The notes below the pieces were generated by a model that searched no databases, was not told the DNA's origin, and worked only from the letters and a program-made list of their open reading frames with translations. The position numbers and the translations under genes were made by a program. 32,000 nucleotides of DNA from Candidatus Saccharimonadota bacterium (lineage in GTDB: Bacteria > Patescibacteriota > Gracilibacteria > BD1-5 > UBA2023), in the NCBI GenBank assembly GCA_042852035.1, contig BAAFHK010000001.1, positions 360,001-392,000 of the forward strand. The letters are read 5' to 3'. Shown piece after piece: positions 1 to 19,036 of the stretch (positions within the stretch are counted from its first letter, which is position 1; every line of letters starts with the position of its first letter).

Positions 1-2
1 CT

Positions 3-881
3 AAGAAAAAAATTCTTGAGGAACAACCAGAACTTGCTGATAACAAAGAGTGACTCAGAATAGCTGTACAGAAGGCAATCGATGTGCAATTTATTGAATA
101 CTGTCAACAAAATAGTATTCCTCTCAGTGAGGAATTTATTTCTGGTCAAGAGTCAGCTCTTCAGGCTCAAGACGAATCCGAAGGAGGTGATGAATATGTG
201 CGAGTTGAAACCCAGTGAAGTGTGTTAGCTGTCCAACAAGAATATCTGGATGCAGCAGAGAAGCTCTCGAAAGCATCAGAGCTTTATAATGAAGTACTAG
301 AAGATTTTGATAAAGTTGAGGAAATAAAAATTGAAGATGAAACTGTATATGAGCTTCCAAGAAGCATCATTGAGCTTCCACCATGAGAAACAACCGCTTT
401 TGTGGGCTATACTGGGTGAATAGAAACTGTTTATGAGGCAACTCGAGAAAAAGATGGTGAATATAGTCTCAAGTTCGAAGGTGTGACCCTTATTGATCTC
501 AAAAAAGAGGATCTTGATATTGTTCTGAGTATAAATGATATTCCAATTATTAATACTCTTTTTTCTCGAGATTCAAGGCTCTACTCTCTACTGAGAAACG
601 AGTATGGTGCAACATGAAAGGATAAATTTAAAAATCCACCCGATTGATTTATCGAATTTATATATGAACGGTTAAATCAGGCATATCTTGCTACCTTACC
701 AAATGGTTCTGAATCGTTTCTCTGAATCCCTTTACCAGAATGAACTCCCGAAGAACAAGGTCGCTATATTCGGCGTGTTCTCACTACAAACATATCTATT
801 AGAGATGAAGCAATGAAACGACTTTATAGTCAAAAAATAGTTATTTGATGAAAAATTAATTTGTCGCTATTTCCAATATAA
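3..881 (+). CDS. hypothetical protein, 5'-truncated at the window edge
   Basis: Frame 3 is open from the window edge to TAA 879-881 only if about ten in-frame TGA are read as sense. The product is acidic and helical (..EEFISGQESALQAQDESEGGDEYVRVE..). I recognise no family. Confidence 0.55.
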
Positions 882-938
882 AGATTTGGAGAAAAATCAC
901 TTGCTTCTATACTTCCATCATTTATTGATGGTTTTTTT

Positions 939-2099
<1,161 letters not shown>

Positions 2100-2101
2100 A
2101 T

Positions 2102-3658
2102 CTATGCTCAACCTGTAAAGCAGGCAGGTCAAACTTCCTCATGACTTTGTGGCTTTGCTCCACTACAATTCATGTCTGGAAGGCTATTTCATCAGGCATC
2201 TCTACATTCAACAGTTCTATCTCGGTAATCAATTGGTCATCCTGAATCTGGACAACTATAGGATGACCAACCACTCCATGCTCAAGTATACCATGTTCCA
2301 ACGGCACAAAGTGAATATAAGCCAACAGAATTACAGTCTAATCCACCAGCAAATGCTAATATTGAGATACGGATAGGATCATGTACAACGACTCGTAAAG
2401 ATTGTCCTGGTGGAACGAATATAGTTGATGATACGGATCCATCCCCATCTGAATTTGGGTCAGCAACGAGTTGTCCATTGACATAAATTTCAAAATTTGC
2501 AAATTCCCCCTCACCAGTCACAGATACTTGCAAGACGGTGCTACTTGAGTTTACATAACTATAGTCGCCATCTGACATTGATTTTCCATTAGTAATTATA
2601 CTCACACCAAGTGACCCAGCTCAATTTTGCCATGTTGCATTTCCATTCGCATCAACACTCGTGAGTACTTTTCCAGGTCCTGGAGTTCATCAGGAAATCT
2701 TTATGGTGCCACTTACTTCTAAATTTGCATTTGAGATATGAACTGCCGTGCCTCAGGCTCAATCGCGGGAGATATGAAAATTTCCACTTGAGTCAGATCC
2801 AAACCACCACCTTCTTCCTCCTCCATTGCTATTAAGTTCGATATAGTTCCATCCATCTGCTGGGTCCAATTGTGTGAGTCGCAGGGCATTATCACTTGAT
2901 GACTTGATTTCAAGTGGTCAACCAGGGTTACTCGTTCATATTCAAATATTTCCATTGAGTCAGTAGCTAATAACTTCTCTTTGTGGAACGCCAGCACCAT
3001 CTAACGCCATGAAAGCAAGTCTTCCGTTGTCTGAATAATGATCAATATTCCAGATATCATTTGCCCGTAAAGGATCTTGGAAGTAGATTGTAGCACTTCA
3101 TCATCTTATGTGAAGTCCTCAGAGTGGGTTACTTGTTCCAATTCAAATATATCAAGATGCATTTTCAAAGATATTTGAGTTTCAGAGAACATTTGGCGTC
3201 ATGGATGAAAGAGCTTTAGGTATTGATCCTGCACTAAGATTTGTTAAATTTGGAACACTGACATAATTCCCAATAGGATTGCTATTAATACTTGAAGTAT
3301 TTATATTGGTTGCAGTTAATCATCCGGCTCATATATTTCAGGTTACTGTAAGATTTCCTATAATTCGTGTATTTCCCGTATATTCAATTTCTCATCCTCC
3401 ATTAAAGAGCCAAAAAAGATAGCTGCAGTTTGGAGTCATGTAACTATTTCCGGCAACTGAATTAAATCCAACTACTGCCTGACCAGGTATTGCACAAGGA
3501 TTGCCTGTCATATTTTGGAAGTATCGAGAAAAATACCCTCATGCTGGGGCGCTACTTGAGCTTGGAGGACTTACTGGAGTAAGTGCTATGCTATTTTGTG
3601 TAAAAAAAGCAATGAGCACTGATGACAATAGGATTTTTGAATGGAGCGATTGTATCAT
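2102..3658 (-). CDS. secreted tail-fibre-like repeat protein with a Cys-rich thrombospondin-type-1-like C-terminus
   Basis: Runs from ATG 3658 to TAG 2102-2104 (519 codons) and is continuous only with TGA=Gly. It has an N-terminal signal-like segment (MIQSLHSKILLSSVLIAFFTQNSIA). The IGIGTSNP motif is repeated (GYIGIGTSNPLGGLHI, GNIGIGTSNPGGPLEI), and GKVLTSVDANGNATWQ is typical of tail-fibre/collar-type surface proteins. The C-terminus reads WSGWSSYSC..YRDRTVEC..GGNSLPDMNCSG..GPAC. Confidence 0.75.
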
Positions 3659-3678
3659 AAAATAATGTAAAGAATATT

Positions 3679-5013
3679 TTAAATGTTATCGAGGCCAGGT
3701 GGCGGTGAACCCTGGATTTTTGGATCACTTTCAATAATTACTGAATATTCACTGTATCATGTTTTATCTGATCAGAGACTTCCTGAATCCAGAGGATCAT
3801 AGGATCGAAAATAGTTAAAATCATATTTATATGAATTTGAGTAGTTACAGTTTGTTTCTGTATAAGGACAAACAGGATTTGGACTTAAAGATGATCCACC
3901 GATAGTATTTCTTGATATTACAGCTCAGAGGATATAGAGTTGATTTTTTGGAAGCTGAGTAAGCTTACTTGTCTGGATGTTGTATATTTCATTTTGGTCT
4001 CAAGAATAGATGCTCCCCTCAGCCACCAGTGAGGAGTAAATATTTCTTACATTTCAGGCAATATAAATATTTCCCCCATTACCATTTTCGTCTTTTATAG
4101 CAATGATTGCTCGAGCGGCATCCACTGAGTTGTCTTTTATTACATCATTATCGATATAAATGTTTCCTCATTCTACAATGACAGATTTTAAATGATTTCC
4201 TGATAGCTTTGTTCACGGATCAGTTATATCAATTCATTTATAGTACGTAAATGACTCAAGGAAATTATTTGTATTCGATACGGTATTCATATGATTCGAT
4301 TGTATGTTTCGAGTCATGAGTCAGATATTTTTTCGTATCGAATTTAATATTTCACTCGTATTCACGTTTGAAAATTTTACTCAGAGAGTGTACTCTATAT
4401 CGAAAGCTCTTTTTCAACCAATATTTCAGAGAATCTTCGTTTTATTTTTAAAATCGGTATTAACACTCACTTCTGTAAATGCTAAATATCCGAGATTTTC
4501 GCTCCAGGCAAATCAAGAAAATACTTTTGTTCCTGGAGTGTAACTTACTCAGTCGTAACTATTATCAGTAGGGGTACTGAAGTCGATGTATCCTGCATTT
4601 TCACTCCAAGTATATCATGAAAGACTCCATGGAGTCATCGCGCTCATGTTCGCTGGGGGTATAAGCTCAACATTATCAAAGTTTACCCAGCCAACACTTT
4701 CAACAAAATAGTTTCCAGTCAGCTTCTGGGGGATAGTGCTCGTATCAAGATAGGTGACATCACCTCAAACACTTGCCTCAAGGGATTCTTCGACGAAAAT
4801 CGATCTTCCTCCATTACCTCACCCTCCACTTGAATCAAAAACTCAATAACTGTAAGGGTTCCCATAAATGCCAATTACATTAATAAGACTGTCAGAATAT
4901 GGTGAGGCATAGATCCATATGCTTGTTACAAGAAAGAGTATACTAAAAAATATTCCACTTTGTAAATAAAAGGGAATCGCATTGCTTTTGTATCTATACT
5001 TTTCTTTTTTCAT
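3679..5013 (-). CDS. membrane-anchored secreted repeat protein (W-S-E-N-x-G-Y repeats)
   Basis: Runs from ATG 5013 to TAA 3679-3681 (445 codons), checked line by line with TGA=Gly. It has an N-terminal TM segment (GIFFSILFLVTSIWIYA). Repeats are VGWVNFDNV, YTWSENAGYIDFS and FAWSENLGYLAFT. The C-terminal part carries GNIYI repeats (GGNIYIDNDV, GGNIYIAGNV, LYILGAVISRNTIGG). It lies 20 nt upstream of the next surface-protein gene, so the two are probably co-transcribed. Confidence 0.7.
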
Positions 5014-5054
5014 GCCATCACAGTACCACTTTTTAAGTAAAAAAACAAAATTCT

Positions 5055-5082
5055 TTGCTATTTAATAAAAGCTTGCTATAAT
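5055..5082 (+). promoter_or_regulatory. candidate sigma70-type promoter for rpoBC
   Basis: TTGCTA (5055-5060), a 16 nt spacer, then TATAAT (5077-5082). This leaves a leader of about 200 nt before the rpoB ATG at 5285. Confidence 0.4.
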
Positions 5083-5284
5083 TTCGACGTTTTCCTCGAG
5101 GAACGTATGATTTTGTAGTTCTCCCTCGGGGCGTTTTCGTGCCTATCAGAAATGCTAAAACTCGGTCTTGTCATGGCGTAGAGAAGTATTCTGAAATTAC
5201 ATGAGGCGAAAAATTTTTTGTTGCTCTCAATTTTGAGACAGGAATCTTGAGTTTTCTCAATTCTACCATTAATCTCTTTTATCC

Positions 5285-8851
<3,567 letters not shown>

Positions 8852-9002
8852 CTCTAAGAATTTAACATCCTGCCACAAGTTTCATATGGTATTATCCGAG
8901 AGAAAAGGAAATATATGTTCCTCCATGAACTCTTCACTTTCGTGGTGTGAAACTTTGTGGGATTGGCCTCAGAATAAATTCTATCCCTAAAAACTATTAC
9001 TT

Positions 9003-13010
<4,008 letters not shown>

Positions 13011-13031
13011 TGATATCTCTAAAAGCTTTAA

Positions 13032-13064
13032 AAAAACTCCCATGGTCAGATGGGAGTTTTTATC
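13032..13064 (+). terminator. rho-independent terminator after rpoC
   Basis: AAAAACTCCCAT, loop ggtcag, ATGGGAGTTTTT. The stem is perfect, lies about 22 nt after the rpoC stop and runs into a T tract. Confidence 0.7.
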
Positions 13065-13164
13065 TATATATGCTTCTTGGATGAGAGTCAAGAAGAAAAC
13101 TTGCGAGGATTCTTGCTTTTCGTAAAAATTTCTTGAAAATAACACTATCCATAACTTAACTTCT

Positions 13165-13941
13165 ATGCCAATTAAGAAAGTTTGACTCAAAAAGCTTACT
13201 GATTCTGCTTCTAAAACAAAATGAACCACATTTGTTAAGCCCATAAGAACTCATGCTGAAAATTATTTTGGTCAATCATTTCTTATTTTTGTGACCATAA
13301 TTTTTATGGTTGCACTAGAAGCCTTTTTTAGTATTCCATCAAAATTTTTACATAATAGCCATGAAAATCATACCGATAAGCCCCTGTATGAGGAGATAAA
13401 AATTGAATGATGTACTAAGGAGTTTAATCCAGTTTGTGGTATTAATGGCAAGACCTATAGTAATCGATGTGAACTTGATATAGCGCGTGTAACATTTGCT
13501 TATAAGGGCCAATGTAAAATTCAACAAGAAGTAAATTCAGGCGTTATTTCAACTTGAACTGTTTCATCAGAAATAGTTGCCGAGGAGACTTCTCCTCAGG
13601 GGACTTGATCGAATCTTATTGCCTATCAAACCTATAAAAATACAATATTTGATTACGAATTATCTCTTCCGAAGTATGCTTTCTATCGCTGATATGCTAC
13701 TCAAGATAAAAAATGACATACCCTTGCTATTGATCTAAAAGATGAGCTTACGGCGAATTTTGAGAGCGCATTAGTTCAAGTGATGTATACAAAAATCGGA
13801 AACCCTGTACCTACTCAAGTAAAGGAAACGATTACTCTAAGTAAATGAACTCTTACAATTAATTATAATTTACCAGAATCTGACAAGGTGAAGGAGATTG
13901 TTGCTGCGATAAAATCGAGTGCGAAATCTATAGATGAATAG
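13165..13941 (+). CDS. membrane-anchored protein with an atypical (4-Cys) Kazal-type serine protease inhibitor domain
   Basis: ATG 13165 is the first ATG after the in-frame TAA at 13123. Stop is TAG 13939-13941. TM segment: [17 protein letters not shown]. Residues encoded at 13411-13515 read [35 protein letters not shown]. This matches the Kazal spacing C-x7-C-x6-Y-x3-C...C, with the C1 and C5 cysteines absent. Confidence 0.7.
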
Positions 13942-14017
13942 CAAAGGGGCTATATCTTTTTGATATTATTCGAATATCCCTATACTTCACTAAGTATATA
14001 CCGTTAATAGAATTATA

Positions 14018-15118
14018 ATGGAAGTCTATAAGTATAAATATATAGATGCTCTTCGATGATGGGCAATTTTATGAGTTCTTTTTTTTCATCAATTCTGAAC
14101 GATATCAAATAATTTTTTTATTCTGACCTTTACAGATCTGTGAGCTAGATGAGTACAGTTGTTTTACATTATGAGCGCTCTCACTCTCTTTCTTTCTATG
14201 GAGAAGAGAACAAGTCATGAAAAATATCCTTTTCTATTCTTTTTTATTCGAAGATTTTTTCGTATCGCACCATTGTTTTATCTCATATTTTTGTTTTTTT
14301 ATTTTTTCAAAGAAGCACATATTCCAGTCGAGGGTATTCTTTCCATACTTACCTTTACTAATGGCTGGAATCCCTATTGGATTAACCCTGTTGTTCCAGG
14401 GCAGTGGTCTGTGGCAATCGAGATGATATTCTATCTTATGATTCCGTTTTTATTCACTTATATAAATACTTTAAGAAGAGCATTATTTTGAACATTCATT
14501 TCTTTCCTTTTTTGAGCAGGACTAATCCTTTATTTTCAACTAAAGCCACTTATACCCGACGAGGATCTCTGGATAAATTTTCTTCGTTTTTTTCTTCCGG
14601 CACAACTCCCAGTATTCTTTCTTTGATTTACTCTTTATTTTCTTATCAAAGAACGTGAGAGATTTTCATATCAAAAGGTTTTTAAATACTGCTTAATAGC
14701 AGTTAGTATTTTGGGGGTAGTATTTTTAAGTTCAATATACTTCCTCTGATTCTCACATCTTAATAGATGTTTACCATACTATCTTACTACCTTTTGATCG
14801 AGTCTTTTTCTTATGTTTTTTGCATACTACCTTTCTTCGCACTATTTACGTTTTTTTGTAAATCGTATAACGATGCATATATGAAAAATTAGCTATAGTA
14901 TGTACCTTACTCATTATATTATTCTTGGTGCAAAGGATAAATATTTTTGAGTGCTAACTCTGGCTGATTTTAGTGCTCTATCGAGCGGAGTTGTTTTGTC
15001 GGTGCTGCATTTTTTTCTATTAGTTCTTGGAACGGTTATTCTCTCTACTATAACATACTATCTTATCGAAAAACCAGGACAATTGCTCTGAAAAAAGATT
15101 ATACAAACCTTGAGTTAA
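14018..15118 (+). CDS. acyltransferase family 3 (membrane O-acyltransferase)
   Basis: Runs from ATG 14018 to TAA 15116-15118 (366 aa) with TGA=Gly. Multi-pass membrane protein with family-3 acyltransferase hallmarks: IDALRGWAILGVLFFH, GVQLFYIMSA, IRRFFRIAPLFY, SYSMYLTHYII and YYLIEKPG. Confidence 0.8.
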
Positions 15119-15160
15119 TATTTTTTTAAGTTTATTTAACAAGAGGAATAACATATATGA

Positions 15161-15199
15161 AAAATCTCCTTCTTTAAGAAAGGAGATTTTATTTGTTTG
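15161..15199. terminator. bidirectional hairpin terminator between the acyltransferase gene and tRNA-Phe
   Basis: AAAATCTCCTT, loop, AAGGAGATTTT. A T-run follows on the + strand (ttttatttgtttg) and another on the - strand (gagatttttcat). It sits between convergent genes. Confidence 0.6.
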
Positions 15200-15274
15200 T
15201 GGTGGCGAGAGACAGAATCGAACTGTCGACACAAGGCTTTTCAGGCCTCTGCTCTACCACTGAGCTACCCCGCC
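15200..15274 (-). tRNA. tRNA-Phe (anticodon GAA), CCA encoded
   Basis: The reverse complement GGCGGGGTAGCTCAGTGGTAGAGCAGAGGCCTGAAAAGCCTTGTGTCGACAGTTCGATTCTGTCTCTCGCCACCA folds as a 75-nt cloverleaf. It has a 7-bp acceptor stem, GCTC/GAGC D stem, GAGGC/GCCTT anticodon stem with loop CTGAAAA, and GACAG/CTGTC T stem with loop TTCGATT. Confidence 0.93.
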
Positions 15275-15324
15275 AAGGTGTGGTAGAGTGATTATATGAA
15301 GAAAAGCAAAATTGCAAGTTTTCC

Positions 15325-15933
15325 TTAGATATTTTCTCGCTTTTTTATAAAAAGGGTAGGGAATTTTACAAATTCAGTCTGTCTAAGCTTCGGGACTCAG
15401 CGTTCTGAGGTTTCATCACTTATGATTTTCGATACTCTCTCAGGAAGAAGTTTACGAAGCATACGTCATCATCTTGTTGAAGGATCTGATCATGAATCAC
15501 TAAGGGCTTTATCTACATTTTTAGGAACCGCTGCAGCGGTTTTTTTTGCGTCATAATGTGGATTATCACACCAGAGTTGGGGAGGGATATCATTCCCATT
15601 GAATAAAAATTCCCATTTTCATATCATTTGATCCATTTTTTCAACGGTTCATTCATCTATAGCATGAATAAAATCATAGGGGATTGAGACTTTCATATAG
15701 GCTCAACATCGAAATGTGACTCAATATTCATCGTGAAAATCATAGCATAGGGCTTTTCCATTTGGAAGGTCAATCCTACTATGACCATCAAATGCTGATG
15801 CAATCTTTGCAAATATGGCACACATGACTGGTCAAATAGCCTTTGCAAGTTGAATGCGTCATTCACGACTTTCCAGTGATATTGAAGGGTTTATGATTCA
15901 TGTTTCCTGAGCACGATGGAGTCTTTGCACCAT
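15325..15933 (-). CDS. hypothetical protein
   Basis: Runs from ATG 15933 to TAA 15325-15327 (202 aa), checked line by line with about 12 TGA as sense. It starts 18 nt downstream of the ybeY stop. No family recognised (..CYDFHDEYGVTFRCGAYMKVSIPYDFIHAIDEG..). Confidence 0.55.
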
Positions 15934-15951
15934 AATTAGGAAGTTAAAAAA

Positions 15952-16404
15952 TTATCTTTCGAGATTGAGTCATAGAGTTTCTCGTATTTTTGATTCATGT
16001 TCCCACATTTCCTCGAAGTCTGAGTCAGTTTCGTGATCAAATCAGAGAATATGAAGGAGTCAATGAATGATAAGTATTTCGCATTCTTCGCGAGGTGAGT
16101 GATTGTGTTCTTTTGCTTGAGCAAGAATCTTTGATTCCGAGAGGACAATCTCCCCGACGATACTATCAACCTCCGTAAAGCTGTAATCATCCACATAATG
16201 AAAAGACAAAACATCCGTCGGAGCATCGATTCCTCTATAGGTTCTATTCAGCTCTTGGATCTCGCCGTCATGAAGAAAAGCGAGGTCAATAAGTCCATAT
16301 TGCTCACTTACAACCGTACTATCGAGTAATTGAAATATTTCATCAATTCTCGGTGCATCGAGAAGGAAGTGCTCAGGAAAATTTAACGTTTTATGAGTAA
16401 ACAT
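15952..16404 (-). CDS. ybeY: rRNA maturation endoribonuclease YbeY
   Basis: Track ORF 16060-16404 continues through TGA 16060-16062 to TAA 15952-15954. The joined sequence gives the YbeY zinc motif H[TGA=G]LLHILGFDHETD. The upstream part has the typical LSFHYVDD and GEIVLS. Confidence 0.9.
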
Positions 16405-16407
16405 AGA

Positions 16408-17382
16408 TTATGTAGGTTGAGAAATAATCCTGACTTCTTCATGAAGTTCAATGTCATATTTTTTCTTTACTCACTCTTTCACGATATCTCGAAGTTCGAG
16501 GATGTCTTTCCAGGTTCACTTCTGATCATTAATAAAGAAATTTCCATGTCGTTCACTTACATGTACTCCTCAAACTCGACTTCATTTGAGTCATGCTTTA
16601 TCGATGAGCATTCATGCACTTAGGCTTTCTGTATGTCATCTTTCGCCAATAAGATCTTCATTTCCGCCGATGAATGTATGAAATTCTTCAATTTTTGGAT
16701 TTTTAAAAAATGAGCCACATGAGAAACCAGGAGGTTGCTTGAGTTTTCGAAGCGATTGGAGGTTTGATGGAGTATAGCTCTCATAGGTTCATCATTTCGG
16801 TGAAATATCGAGAACCATGTCTATAACAAATTGAGTTTTATCTTCTTTTAAGACACTTTCTCGATACTGATATCACATATCTGATTTTTTGTAGAGAGAA
16901 ATTTCTCAGGTGTTCATATCAAGAACTCTTGCTTCCACGAAGAGGTCTGCCATTTCAAGTCAAAAACATCATGCATTCCCTATGCAGGCTCATCAGAGTG
17001 TTCCAGGAAGTCATACCCAAGGAACAAGAGTCGAAATACTGTAGCTTTGGTAGAGCTTTATAGCGAGATTTGTCGTTACTTCTCAGCTATGTACTCGTAT
17101 GAAGTTTTTTTCTCCATCGCCATATGGTTCGCTATATCATGCATACCGATTGCGAATAATAATGCCCTCATAGGTATCAAATGCAAATAGGCAATTTGTA
17201 CCTCATGCTATCATAAATAGGGGAATCGAGTGCTCTTCGGAAAACCAGAAAATCTCAGGGAGGAGAAGTATATCATCGTGTGTTGTTATCTCAAAGTAGT
17301 ATCGTGCTTTTGCATGTGTTTTGAATGCTGAAAGAAACGATATATCAAAATTTTCTTGGATATAGTGAGGGATTCCTTGCAT
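16408..17382 (-). CDS. murB: UDP-N-acetylenolpyruvoylglucosamine reductase
   Basis: Runs from ATG 17382 to TAA 16408-16410 (324 aa), translated by hand with TGA=Gly. Motifs: [67 protein letters not shown]. The stop lies 3 nt before the ybeY ATG. Confidence 0.88.
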
Positions 17383-17457
17383 AGATACAATAATACTCGG
17401 AGGAGAGATAAAAGCAAGGGAAGGAAAAGAAAAACGAGGGAGGTATACAAGATTCTC

Positions 17458-17715
17458 TTATAACTTGATTCGTGGCTTTTCCACCGGATCATATCATCCT
17501 TTTGACCAGGGGTTACATCTGAGAATTCTCCAAGTTCATTTGAGAATACCTAAGATGACTCATTTATTTTCTATTGCCTCTTTTGTGTAATCACTGCAAC
17601 TTGGAATATGTTTACAATACGGGGGTCTATTCAGAGCTCTTGCCCATATAGAGTGATCTGGGGAAAGGTATCTCTGGTAGAGTATAATAATGGAAATCAA
17701 AAGTCTTTTAAGCAT
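17458..17715 (-). CDS. yidD: membrane protein insertion efficiency factor YidD
   Basis: Runs from ATG 17715 to TAA 17458-17460 (85 aa). Sequence: [66 protein letters not shown]. This is the YidD/DUF37 signature, with three Gly encoded by TGA. Confidence 0.85.
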
Positions 17716-17716
17716 A

Positions 17717-18244
17717 TTACCAGTCAATTACTTCTTTATTATCTACTTGGAAACTCGGGAGAATTTGCGAATACGTCTGTCAGTTCCCGATATATTTTCC
17801 TCGGTTTGATTCATTCTTTTGTATTCGATCAAGGGTATTTTCGAGTATTTCATTTGCACTACCAGATTGTGAAGTATTTCATGAAGAGGTTTCGCTTTTT
17901 CTGTTTTTTAGGAGGGAAATTTTCTGTTCAATGAAAGAATCTTTCTCAATCATTAAGGCCTCCTCATAGGAGCGTATTGCATCACTGTATTGTCCTCTCT
18001 GATAGTGTGTGTCTCAAATAATTTCATGAAGATATTTGTTTGGAAGATTTTCTCAAAAAGAAATTTTTTCTATATTTCAAAACCGTCATCGGCTTGCGAT
18101 AATCAGTAGAGATTCTTTATAGGTGGTTAGAGTTTTTTCTTCTGAAAGCTTAAAGAATATGAATAGAAAAAAAACGACCCATCAGAAAATGATAAGAAGG
18201 AAAAAACCGGATAGGATGTTCTTTGCATTATTTTTTTCTCACAT
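17717..18244 (-). CDS. membrane-anchored TPR-motif protein (Bat-operon-like partner of the vWA protein)
   Basis: ATG 18244 is the first start after an in-frame TAG and overlaps the upstream gene by 17 nt. Stop is TAA 17717-17719. It has an N-terminal TM segment ([22 protein letters not shown]) and a TPR-like helix pair ([21 protein letters not shown]). Confidence 0.55.
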
Positions 18245-19034
18245 ATGGATGGAGGAGAAGTCCTAAAATTGTTAGTAATCCTGCTATGATATAGTACCGA
18301 TTGTACTGAAAGAATGAATATAGTTCATTCCTCTCTTGGGCGAGATCTTCTCTGTTGGTTAGGATGGTTGCTCCTATTTTTTTTGAGATAAGTTTAAGAG
18401 TTTCTGGACTATAGGAAACTATAACTTCAGTTCAGGAATAGTACTTGTACCTTTTCTCACCTTGAGCATTATAACCGAGAGGTATTTTTCCTCAATTTTC
18501 ACTTCAAATAGGGAAGAGTGATATTCTCCAATTTTTTGGCATTTCTGGAAATGGAGTTGTTCAGGTGCTTCAACCATCCGTGAATATAATAACCTCAAGA
18601 GGTATTTTTTCATAGAGATTTTTTGCGAACTCGAGTGCAAGAGGAAGGTCACTTCCTCAAACATCGGCTTCAGGAATTATGCTTTCGATTAAGCTTAGGA
18701 CCGAATGTTGAGCTTCACTTATTGGCACGAAAAGAGTTGGATTTTTCGCATAAGTTATGACTCATACCTGTGTATGTGTCTCACTGAGTTTTTTTGCATT
18801 TTCTTTCGCTTCTTGAAGTCGGGATTGTGCTCCATTCGTAAGAGGTGACTTTACGTCCTCAACGGCCATTGAGAGTGAACGATCAATTATAATGAGGAGT
18901 TTTTGATCTTTACTCGGAAAAAAATCGACTCAAAAATAGGAAAGATAAAAAAATACTACTGCACCAAACAGTAAACTCACAATACCGAGAAAAGCTTTTG
19001 GGTATGAGAAATAAGTTCAGAAAAAAGGTTTCAC
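18228..19034 (-). CDS. von Willebrand factor A domain membrane protein (BatA-like)
   Basis: The only start candidate after the in-frame TAG is GTG 19034, 2 nt after the upstream stop. Stop is TAA 18228-18230. MIDAS-type vWA motifs are present: LLIIIDRSLSM, GGSDL, VIIFTDGG. TM segments sit at both the N- and C-termini. Confidence 0.72.
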
Positions 19035-19036
19035 TC

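Noticed and set aside
2719-3000. A 93-aa minus-strand track ORF (MVLAFHKEKLL...).
   Set aside because: It is in a different frame from the 519-codon table-25 ORF 2102-3658. That larger ORF's translation here (GAGVPQREVISYGLNGNIGIGTSNPGGPLEI...) carries the repeated family motifs. The track ORF exists only because the real frame contains TGA codons.
13981-13998. Palindrome TATACTT-cact-AAGTATA upstream of the acyltransferase gene, which shares the TATACTT/AAGTATA half-sites with the MarR-proximal inverted repeat.
   Set aside because: Half-site spacing differs: 4 nt here against 8 nt between the same heptamers at 25351-25370. The heptamer is -10-box-like in an AT-rich genome, so chance resemblance is likely.
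17400-17445. An almost pure purine tract on the plus strand (aggagagataaaagcaagggaaggaaaagaaaaacgagggagg) in the yidD-murB spacer.
   Set aside because: It is a single occurrence with no repeat partner or obvious structure. It is probably just spacer composition, and I cannot support a function.
17608-17934. A 108-aa plus-strand ORF.
   Set aside because: It is antisense to yidD and the TPR gene, both of which have recognisable motifs and tight operon junctions on the minus strand.
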